Positions 26,633-34,368 of a stretch of DNA of 64,000 bases are shown one piece after another. The position numbers and the translations under genes are program-made. The notes under the pieces are model-generated. The model made no database searches. It saw only the letters and a list, made by a program, of their open reading frames with translations, and was not told the DNA's origin. Numbering within the stretch: the stretch's first letter is position 1; every line of letters begins with the position of its first letter. Location of the stretch: positions 3,013-67,012 of the forward strand of contig CAZYCQ010000008.1 in NCBI GenBank assembly GCA_964645535.1, given 5' to 3'. The DNA comes from an uncultured archaeon (GTDB taxonomy: Archaea > Asgardarchaeota > Heimdallarchaeia > Heimdallarchaeales > Kariarchaeaceae).

Positions 26633-27505
26633 TCACCTTTGTTTCCCAAAAGAATAATAATAAAAGACAGTTCCTGTTTTTTTTTCTCCTCGGAGAGTTG
26701 TCAATTTGACCATTTCTTCAAACATCTTCTCAGCGGTAGAAACTTTTTCGAAATGGATTAGCCTTCTGCTGTCACCACAGTCAAGAAATATTCCTCCTTC
26801 ACCGGTTTCATTCAAGGTTGGAACTTCTTTCAAATGAGAGGAAAGGTCGGAAGTAAGCTTTAATTTTTGAAAAATTAGTTGACACATATCAGAAAATTCC
26901 AAACTTACTTCTTGCGTATTTTTTTCTGCATCTACAATCCTAATTGAAATTGTTTTTTCGGAAAGGTCAATAATAATTGATTTCTCTATCCTCATACTTC
27001 CTAAGCCAAATGAAAAGATAACATTAATGATACTGGTAACCGCAAATAAATATATTGGGACACCAATTACAGTAAGAAAATTTTCTTTGCCCAGATCACG
27101 TAAGACATTTTTCCAAACTACAGACACATAGAGCCAATAAGTTGCAATAAGGACAATAAAAATCAAAAAATTCACCTTTTGATCGGAAAAAACTGGACAA
27201 AATAAATCATATCCTTTTTTATGAGGATTTTTATGAAGAATCGCCATTCCTACACCAAAATTAAAGATTAATAGGGCAAGAAAGACAAGTATAATCCCTT
27301 GGACAGTGATTGGCTTTATGATGAAATTTCCGGATTGGGAGGTAAGTGAAAAAGCCCAATAAAAAAAGGGAATGCAAAATATCCAAACGGTAACCGCTTT
27401 AGAAAGTTTTTCAGAAAGTTTAGAATTGAATTCAAAAATATATCTTCTTGCCCCCTTAGATTCCAATTTAAAGTGGTTTTCTGACTTGGTCACTTCAAAT
27501 ATCAA
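26633..27505 (-). CDS. membrane protein (about 4 TM) with a C-terminal soluble beta-rich domain, function unknown
   Basis: 290-aa ORF with a central hydrophobic region. The C-terminal ~110 aa (IIIDLSEKTISIRIVDAEKNTQEVSLEFSD...GGIFLDCGDSRRLIHFEKVSTAEKMFEEMVKL) are weakly reminiscent of bacterial PH-like domains. Confidence 0.45.
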   Translation of the reverse strand: MIFEVTKSENHFKLESKGARRYIFEFNSKLSEKLSKAVTVWIFCIPFFYWAFSLTSQSGNFIIKPITVQGIILVFLALLIFNFGVGMAILHKNPHKKGYDLFCPVFSDQKVNFLIFIVLIATYWLYVSVVWKNVLRDLGKENFLTVIGVPIYLFAVTSIINVIFSFGLGSMRIEKSIIIDLSEKTISIRIVDAEKNTQEVSLEFSDMCQLIFQKLKLTSDLSSHLKEVPTLNETGEGGIFLDCGDSRRLIHFEKVSTAEKMFEEMVKLTTLRGEKKTGTVFYYYSFGKQR

Positions 27506-28186
27506 AATCAGCCGATATTGATAAATTCATTGATAACACTAAGCAAGATGTTTTACAAATTGCATAATTCAAATTGGATGTAAAATTGGAATGCTTCATT
27601 TATCTCAGATTTAAATCCAAACATGCATTTAATAAGTAATAACAAAAAAAGAAAAATCGAATACCGAAAAATTTCAGACGGTTATATAGAATATAGTTTG
27701 AATGAAAATAGAAAAAAAGTTGCGATACTTCTGCCACAATGTACAAGATTGAGAAGAATCAGTTCTTACGATACCTCCCCTTGCACAAAAGACTTTTCAG
27801 CCCTCAATTTCTTAATTACTTGGTTCAATTTTGATTTAAATGAATAAACCAAAATTACATTCTCTTTCGTATTTTCAAATTAAGCTACTTGATTGCACGT
27901 TCTTGAAATTATTAAAAATAACACCTATTGTTTCCTTTAAACAGGATGAATCTATTTAATCAAATCAATTTTTTCTGGGTCACCTTGTATTAAAGTGTCA
28001 AAAGGATTCTGAATTCAATTTAATTACGATCATTCAAAAAACTTCGAAACAGTTGTACCTAGTTTTGTTCTCATTTGAAAGGGAAGCACCAAGGCATATT
28101 CACAAGGAGACGAATTACTGTAATTAATGAATGTCAATAAAATTCAATATTTTGATTGCTTTGAACTATAATAAACTAACGCAAAA

Positions 28187-28942
28187 TTATGCAGGAGGTG
28201 GATATCGTAGGCCCAATCCAATCTCTATGGCACTGACAATGAACCATACAATAAGAGGCATCAAGACTAAGACAATATAGGAAACCATGAAACTCTTGCC
28301 GGAGACGGGATCTGCACCAGAGTAAACATCTTGAAACAGAAGAAAGGGGAGCAGCGTATAGAAAGAATACGTGAGGAAAATAAAAGGAGCAACAAAAATG
28401 ATACCAATTAAATTGAGGGTAAGCAACATCAAGGGTACCAAAAAATTCTGTTCAATTAAAACGCCCCACAAACCTCCCAAAATGAAAACCTGCCTTGGAA
28501 GCCATTTCCATTTCATGAATATGATCTCAATGGAAATGACAAGACCAAGGTAAAATCCTATGAAAAACAGATAATGTGATGGTTCAATCCGCCCATACTC
28601 ATCAATCGATACAAAGGTCTCCATAAATATCAATAAAACAAAATTAACCATCATGCGAATGAAAACAGAGTTTGCCTTTGTTCCCAACAGTTTTCGGATA
28701 GGATGTTTTAGAAATGCAAGAACCATTATGGGATAGACTATGAAAAGCATTGATAAAGCAGTTTTTTCGAAAGTGAGGGAAAAGAGAGCAGCCATTCCAT
28801 AAACAAGGGAAATTGCAAAAGAAACAGGGTTCTTGATGTCAAACTCCGGAGATTGCTTTTGGATGTTTCTGAAAAATAAGAAAAGAAAGAGGGGAGCAAA
28901 TAAATAGACAAATGACAAATCAGGGTCAGTCATGGAATACAA
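28187..28942 (-). CDS. polytopic integral membrane protein (7-8 TM), function unknown
   Basis: 251-aa ORF that is almost entirely hydrophobic helices. No motif recognised. Confidence 0.5.
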   Translation of the reverse strand: MYSMTDPDLSFVYLFAPLFLFLFFRNIQKQSPEFDIKNPVSFAISLVYGMAALFSLTFEKTALSMLFIVYPIMVLAFLKHPIRKLLGTKANSVFIRMMVNFVLLIFMETFVSIDEYGRIEPSHYLFFIGFYLGLVISIEIIFMKWKWLPRQVFILGGLWGVLIEQNFLVPLMLLTLNLIGIIFVAPFIFLTYSFYTLLPFLLFQDVYSGADPVSGKSFMVSYIVLVLMPLIVWFIVSAIEIGLGLRYPPPA

Positions 28943-29148
28943 GAAAAAATTCTATCTATAAAAATAATTGGAGTTCAAGAGACATTTATGTTTGAATTCA
29001 CACAGATGCTACAGTTTTATCTGCTGAATGGATCCTAACCCCCCGTTTTAGTGCCATTCAACGAGACATCTTAATATTTCCCTGCACATATAAAATAAGA
29101 AAACAAAAGTCTATTGAACTTTACGACATATATTCTTTTAAAGAAGGA

Positions 29149-29858
29149 ATGAGAAGAACAAAGGGGGAACTGATCTGAGAATTTATGTTGTTGACCTTGA
29201 AACCACTGGGCTAGGAGGATACAAAAACGGAGATCTAGTATTGGAGATTGGGATTGCAGTTCTTGAAACCATTACTGGAAAAGTAAAGGTTGTTTATGAT
29301 CAAGTGCTTTCCCATCCTCCTGAAAAAATTGAGCCACACCGAAATGCATGGATTTTCAAGAATTCTTCGCTTAGCTATGAAGAGGTTGTCAATGGAAAGC
29401 CGGTTACAGAGGCAGCAAATGAGATTCGTACAATACTGCAAGGAAGGAAAATGGCAATATACAATGTTGCGTTTGATTTTGAAAGGTTCTTGAAATGGCC
29501 ACCCTACAATTTGGGCGAGGTAATTGCAGGAATACTACCTTGCATTATGGTCACAGCAACCAATGTATGTAAGATTCGTTCCCGATTTTATGGATATAAA
29601 TGGCCTACATTGGAAGAGGCCAGAAGGAAACTATTGCCGGACATTCAACTTCCGAAAAATTTCAACCCCCATAGGGCGGCTTCAGATGCGTATCTCTCAG
29701 CTTTGGTTTTGCACCAATTGATTCAATTGGGACAATATAACATCAATGACAGATATCTACTTCAACAGCCAGAAAGAATTGAAAGAAATTCTTCGCCCTA
29801 CCAAAATACTGCAAAGGTCAGCTTTGATGACTTTTTGAAGGGAAAACGAATTGATTGA
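29149..29858 (+). CDS. DEDDh 3'-5' exonuclease (DnaQ-like), 5' end interrupted by an apparent -1 frameshift in a G5 run
   Basis: Exo I VVDLETTGL is encoded at 29187-29213, upstream of the ORF-track TTG start (29241). Exo II is MAIYNVAFDFERFL and Exo III is HRAASDAYLSALVLHQL. The only ATG (29149) is in the +1 register and terminates at 29176-29178. One extra G in GGGGG (29163-29167) would give MRRTKGGTDLRIYVVDLETTG. Confidence 0.75.
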
Positions 29859-29860
29859 AT

Positions 29861-30220
29861 TCAGCAATCTGTGAAGGCGAATTCTTCCAAATGGTTCGGT
29901 TTGAAGGCTTCTTTGGAAGCAGAGGCGTTTCGTTTGTTCTCCAATTGCGTTAATACATAAGAAATTGCCATGTCTGTTTGTTCAGGGGACAATCTAAGAT
30001 CCAAAATGTAGTTATGAATTTCGTTGACCAAGTAATCAAGGTTGATAGTCAAGTTTTTTGCTTGTGCCATATAATCTAAAAAGAACTTACAAGAATTAAA
30101 ACCATAAGAGACTGCATTGAAACTGAAAATATTGAGGTTAAGAAAAGGGAGTTCAGGGATTATAATCGTGAAGAATAGTATGATGAATGTCTGAAAGGAT
30201 TTCAAGAAATGTATCCTCAT
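29861..30220 (-). CDS. small hypothetical protein (70-119 aa), last gene of the EndoV-like operon
   Basis: The ORF overlaps the upstream gene by 68 nt if full length. The internal ATG 30070 (MAQAKNLTINLDYLVNEIHNYILDLRLSPEQTD...) gives a 69-aa helical protein. No motif recognised. Confidence 0.35.
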   Translation of the reverse strand: MRIHFLKSFQTFIILFFTIIIPELPFLNLNIFSFNAVSYGFNSCKFFLDYMAQAKNLTINLDYLVNEIHNYILDLRLSPEQTDMAISYVLTQLENKRNASASKEAFKPNHLEEFAFTDC

Positions 30221-30671
30221 CCATCTTCTGGAGTAGTTGGAAAGAAAATGAATTTAAGGTTGGATCTGGCTTGTCAAGAGAATAGCAGAATATTTTCGGA
30301 AAACCATAGATAGAGTCCCCATATTCTTTTGTGAAGTTCTCCTTTAGCTGTACCAAACCATCTGAAATCTCAGGAGTCTCTGTAGAAAAGATCAAAAAGA
30401 CAGGCAGTGATACTGCATCCATATCCAGATCAATTGAGGAGACCCTATCGAAGAAACGAACGAGGTACATGACCTCCCGATTTAGGGACGGCTTCATAGT
30501 AGAATCTATTGGCAATGAATAGGTAAATTTGAACTGACTTGATCCGGGATTTCGGATTGAACCCTTCAAACGATATCCGATGGTTTTTGATGCCAATTCA
30601 AGGAGCTTTGCCTGAATGTCCTGTGAAGCAAGAACCAACAAATGAACCATAGGTGGAATGACATTGGTCAT
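30153..30671 (-). CDS. hypothetical 172-aa protein abutting the upstream EndoV-like gene
   Basis: Its ATG (30671-30669) follows directly after the stop (30674-30672) of the upstream gene. Alternating strand/helix pattern. No nucleotide-binding motif. Confidence 0.5.
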   Translation of the reverse strand: MTNVIPPMVHLLVLASQDIQAKLLELASKTIGYRLKGSIRNPGSSQFKFTYSLPIDSTMKPSLNREVMYLVRFFDRVSSIDLDMDAVSLPVFLIFSTETPEISDGLVQLKENFTKEYGDSIYGFPKIFCYSLDKPDPTLNSFSFQLLQKMDEDTFLEILSDIHHTILHDYNP

Positions 30672-31259
30672 TTAAGAAACCTCCAGAGAAAGATCTGCCA
30701 ACAGATCTTCTTCATAAATGGCTTTGCCTATCATGTGGGCAAGACGTAGCGGTTCAGGGACATGACCGACAACAGTTGAATGAAGCACCCACTCCCTAGC
30801 CATGTCAGAATCACATCCACTTACCTGAATCCAGAGTCCGTCCTTGATTTTCATGGGGTTTCCATGCTTGGTGATGGTCTTCCACCTATCGTCACCATCA
30901 TCCAAATTTGCCAGAGCGTTTCGGATTGCATTGAAATCGGGTTCACGAGTAAGTATCGCAACAAAAGGAAGGTGCAATTCGTCAACAATACGAGTTGGAT
31001 CAATTACCCCGAACCCTCCGATGGTTATTCCCTTATGGAGAATTGCCTTGAGATTTTGCAGATGACCGCTTCGGCGGATCATGGCAATTATTTTGGAGGT
31101 GGGATCAGGGTCATCCTTAAGAATCGTGGTTTTGACGATTTTCTCAGTATAATGATGACCGCGCATAATTACCCCAAAAACATGGACGGATCGCCATTGC
31201 GGATTGAACAATTGAAAACCTCCGTCATCAATCCCAATGAGAGGGATTTTTTTAACCAT
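30672..31259 (-). CDS. DUF99 / UPF0215 family endonuclease V-like protein
   Basis: MVKKIPLIGIDDGGF...VFGVIMRG...GITIGGFGVIDPTRIVDELHLPFVAILTREPDFNAIRNALANL matches the archaeal DUF99 pattern (GiDDg.F ... GFNv.D ... PvI.v.r..P....i..AL). Start set at ATG 31259. Confidence 0.75.
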   Translation of the reverse strand: MVKKIPLIGIDDGGFQLFNPQWRSVHVFGVIMRGHHYTEKIVKTTILKDDPDPTSKIIAMIRRSGHLQNLKAILHKGITIGGFGVIDPTRIVDELHLPFVAILTREPDFNAIRNALANLDDGDDRWKTITKHGNPMKIKDGLWIQVSGCDSDMAREWVLHSTVVGHVPEPLRLAHMIGKAIYEEDLLADLSLEVS

Positions 31260-31280
31260 ATTCAATGCACATCCTTTCAT

Positions 31281-31290
31281 TATAATAATA
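31281..31290 (-). promoter_or_regulatory. TATA-like box (TATTATTATA on the minus strand) 22-31 nt upstream of ATG 31259
   Basis: Spacing is consistent with an archaeal promoter for the DUF99 operon. Confidence 0.35.
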
Positions 31291-31364
31291 CACATTTGCC
31301 TACAAAAGGAAATTCTTTGCTGTAAATTTCCCTAAGTAAAGGATAACTTTATTTTTTACGCTAT

Positions 31365-32051
31365 ATGAGAAAAGTTAGAGAAGACATGGTCAATCGGGGA
31401 AAATTTTTTCCAATGGCTGAGAAGAAGCTTGAGAACTTCAAATGGAACAATCCACAATTTACGGAGATAATCAGGATAACACCGGAATACTACTCCAAAA
31501 CCAGAATACCATTCGTATTGCGAGTTTTCTTGGCGACCATACTTATTGGAGTGGCGGGAATTCTTGCATGGATAATCTATTTTCTTTTGTCTGATCCGAT
31601 AGCACGATTCTTTGAAAAATTCATCGGTACAGGCTTTTTGTCTTTTGCAATTCTCTTTTTTGGGTTAATTTCATTGTTTATTTTTTCGGACAGTGTTCTT
31701 GTACCCAATATGCTTCAGGCCCTTTTATTTGACAAGAATCGTCTGATCAAATGGAATTGTATATTTGGTGTTTCTTGGGTTAAGTCGTTTGATCTCACAA
31801 ACCTAGATTATTTTGTCAAGAAGGTACTTATCGATGTTGATGAAGATGGTGTGGACGGAAGTTTTGTTATTGAGTTGCATTATGAAAAGGATGAATATGG
31901 AAGAGAAAAGGTCAAAAGGTTGTGGTTAGAAAAACCACGCAATAAGAATGTCATTGAAGAGATTGCCAAATCCCTGAAGGAGGTTGGATTTGAAGTCAAA
32001 GAGCCTTTGGCCTCAAAATTCCTGGATTCCCTAACATCTTTCTCTAGTTGA
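31365..32051 (+). CDS. membrane protein (2-3 TM) with a C-terminal soluble domain, function unknown
   Basis: 228-aa ORF with TMs FVLRVFLATILIGVAGILAWIIYFLL and FLSFAILFFGLISLFIF. The C-terminal domain (LFDKNRLIKWNCIFGVSWVKSFDLTNLDYF...FVIELHYEK...VKRLWLEKPRNKNVIEEIAKSL) is weakly PH-like. Confidence 0.45.
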   Translation: MRKVREDMVNRGKFFPMAEKKLENFKWNNPQFTEIIRITPEYYSKTRIPFVLRVFLATILIGVAGILAWIIYFLLSDPIARFFEKFIGTGFLSFAILFFGLISLFIFSDSVLVPNMLQALLFDKNRLIKWNCIFGVSWVKSFDLTNLDYFVKKVLIDVDEDGVDGSFVIELHYEKDEYGREKVKRLWLEKPRNKNVIEEIAKSLKEVGFEVKEPLASKFLDSLTSFSS

Positions 32052-32089
32052 GGAAATATTGGGAATACCTGCACAGGATACTCGACATT

Positions 32090-32100
32090 GATATAAATGG
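32090..32100 (+). promoter_or_regulatory. TATA-like box (GATATAAATGG) 19-29 nt upstream of ATG 32119; no SD
   Basis: Same spacing as the other candidate promoters in this window. Confidence 0.3.
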
Positions 32101-32118
32101 TAATGAAAGAAAAAATCA

Positions 32119-32892
32119 ATGGATCAATCGGAAAGGAAAATCCTGATGCAAATTGTCATATTGGTTGGAGGCTCTCTCCTTATAGGAATTTTGCTTTTCT
32201 ATAGGTTCCATTTTGTTTTGGACAACCTGTTGGAAATACGAGATTCAGATGTGGTCGGGGCAATTGGAACCATTTATGCACTAATTTCTGCATTTATCCT
32301 AAGCAATGTCTGGTCTAATTTTAAAGAGGCGGAGCAGGCAGTAAGTCAAGAAAATGAGGCGATCATCTCGCTTTGGAATTCTGCGGATTACTTCAATAGT
32401 CTGAAGGAATCAAACAGGATGCGAGCCGTTTTAGTTTCTTATATTGATTCAGTGTTGCGTAATGAATTTCATCATGCACGGAGATTTGAATCGACACTTC
32501 CAGGCAAGGAATTTTTGGGAATACAAAGATTGATCGATTCAATCGAGCTGGATTCGCATAGGGATGAAATTGTGTTTTCCTCCATCATTTCCACCTATGA
32601 AAATCTATCCATTGCAAGAAACAAAAGAATCAACCGAATGGTGGACAGCATGCCCCGGATGCTCAAGATGTTCTATATCATTGCTTCAATCATCCTTTGG
32701 GGTGGGTTTGCCTTTGAAGGGTTCAAAAATCCAATTCTTTACCTTGCCGTCAATTTTGGCATTACTACGATCATTGTTCTCAATTACATGATTATCATTG
32801 ATTTTGACAATCCCCTAGATGGTTTTATCAGAATTAGTTTTGATAGATATATTGCAAGTAGGGATTATATTATCCATGCAATTCATCGATAG
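32119..32892 (+). CDS. DUF4239-like (bestrophin-like) membrane protein
   Basis: 257 aa with an N-terminal TM, then VVGAIGTIYALISAFILSNVWSNFKEAEQAVSQENEAIISLWN and two C-terminal TMs. The layout and motif resemble DUF4239 as I remember it. Confidence 0.45.
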   Translation: MDQSERKILMQIVILVGGSLLIGILLFYRFHFVLDNLLEIRDSDVVGAIGTIYALISAFILSNVWSNFKEAEQAVSQENEAIISLWNSADYFNSLKESNRMRAVLVSYIDSVLRNEFHHARRFESTLPGKEFLGIQRLIDSIELDSHRDEIVFSSIISTYENLSIARNKRINRMVDSMPRMLKMFYIIASIILWGGFAFEGFKNPILYLAVNFGITTIIVLNYMIIIDFDNPLDGFIRISFDRYIASRDYIIHAIHR

Positions 32893-32922
32893 GAGGAGAA
32901 TTGGCAGCAATTCTAGCGTTTA

Positions 32923-34263
32923 TTATTCGGTTTCCGCATGGTTGATAGATCTGACAAAATCATGGAATTTCATGAGTATTTGAACCCCTTGTTCAGAAGA
33001 TTCAATCAAAACTGAATTCATTTTGAAAATGTTTGGCTTCCGTATAATGTATCCATTTTTTGTAAGTGTTTGAATTGTACTTCTGAATTGACCATACCCA
33101 TTTGGGTAGACCCGTTTCAGTTCACTCATTTCAACGGAACCATGGGCATGGATATAGTCCAAAAGAAAAATTTGAGACATTTTCAGGTTCAGTATTTTTT
33201 TCAATTCTTCATTTGTAAGAATGGATGGAACTACCTTTGAATCAGAAACCAATTCAAGGGTTTCTCCCAAAGGATTTTCCAATGCTATAAAATCATTGGC
33301 AAGAATGGCAAAAAGGATGAGAAAGCCGCTGAATAATAGTATTGAATTATTAAGAAAATGATTTGTGGTCTTCAAATATCTATCGATGAGTAATACCAAG
33401 GTCAAGGATGAAAATAGCATCACTATGTCTCTGAAAATCCTATTCTTTCTAATTACCGATAAGGGTTGAGAGATAGACCTGTGCATCTCTTCAATTGATT
33501 TTATTTCTTGGTAGTTCTTCCTGAATTTACCGATGATGAATGAACCGATTATATAGGCAATTACAGGTGAAAAAAGAACAAGTCCGTAAAAAATCATCAT
33601 TTCAATTCCATTGGATTGGGAATATGGTAGGGTGAAAATTATTGTCCAAATCAGAAAGACAAGGTAGAGATTCATCCAAGAACGCCATTCTTCCTCAGTC
33701 GCCAGGGATGAGGCATTCCCTTTGAGAACGGAATAGCAGACAATCAAGATGCAAATAACGGAGTTTATGAGGATTTCAGCCGTAACAAAGAATAGAAGGA
33801 ACATAGTCCATCCCCATGGTCCAAAGGAAAAAAGTGAACCATATTGTGGATCATCAGTCGGAGTAGTTTCATGAAGAATTGGGGCAGAAAGATATCTTTT
33901 CCAATCATGATATGCGACTTTACCGAACCCAAACAGGAAGATGAATGTTGAAATGATAAAAAGAAACAGCCAATATTTCTTTAACACGGCCAATTCGTCA
34001 CTTGGAAGGATTGACAGGTAGTTTCTGTGAGTGAATGAGATCAATTCAAAGGTGAATAAAGTCGCGAAAAAGAAAAAGCAAGAATGGAGGACTAGAAACA
34101 GATAATCAAACAAATGGAAATGATATGTCGGACGAATGATGGAAAGCAATGGAATCCCAAAAACAGTTACAATGAAGTTGAATAAAGCATATCCAATCAA
34201 AGCAGGTCTTTTTGTATTGGTAATTAAGGCAAAATCCATTGTTCCAAGATAAGAAAAACACAA
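32923..34263 (-). CDS. polytopic membrane protein with a C-terminal winged-helix (MarR-like) DNA-binding domain
   Basis: About 330 aa of TM helices, followed by QIFLLDYIHAHGSVEMSELKRVYPNGYGQFRSTIQTLTKNGYIIRKPNIFKMNSVLIESSEQGVQIL (wHTH pattern). Confidence 0.55.
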   Translation of the reverse strand: MCFSYLGTMDFALITNTKRPALIGYALFNFIVTVFGIPLLSIIRPTYHFHLFDYLFLVLHSCFFFFATLFTFELISFTHRNYLSILPSDELAVLKKYWLFLFIISTFIFLFGFGKVAYHDWKRYLSAPILHETTPTDDPQYGSLFSFGPWGWTMFLLFFVTAEILINSVICILIVCYSVLKGNASSLATEEEWRSWMNLYLVFLIWTIIFTLPYSQSNGIEMMIFYGLVLFSPVIAYIIGSFIIGKFRKNYQEIKSIEEMHRSISQPLSVIRKNRIFRDIVMLFSSLTLVLLIDRYLKTTNHFLNNSILLFSGFLILFAILANDFIALENPLGETLELVSDSKVVPSILTNEELKKILNLKMSQIFLLDYIHAHGSVEMSELKRVYPNGYGQFRSTIQTLTKNGYIIRKPNIFKMNSVLIESSEQGVQILMKFHDFVRSINHAETE

Positions 34264-34368
34264 CAGGGTTTTTGGATGTTTTCAACCACTTTTAACCAAT
34301 TGGACAATAATTACAAAACGATAGTGCAACAGCAAATTTTTTGATTACAGATCACAAGAACAACGAAA

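Noticed and set aside
27623-27847. 74-aa ORF in the A+T-rich intergenic region
   Set aside because: It is Lys/Asn-rich, as expected from random A+T-rich sequence. There is no SD or TATA at a suitable distance and no motif.
30153-30671. 172-aa protein as a small Ras-like GTPase
   Set aside because: The strand/helix order is loosely Ras-like. However, there is no GxxxxGK[ST] P-loop, no DxxG and no NKxD motif, so the GTPase call is unsupported. At most it is a speculative pseudo-GTPase.
30780-31325. 181-aa plus-strand ORF overlapping the DUF99 gene
   Set aside because: The minus-strand frame gives the conserved GIDDGGF / GFGVID / ILTREPDF DUF99 pattern. The plus-strand product has no recognisable features.
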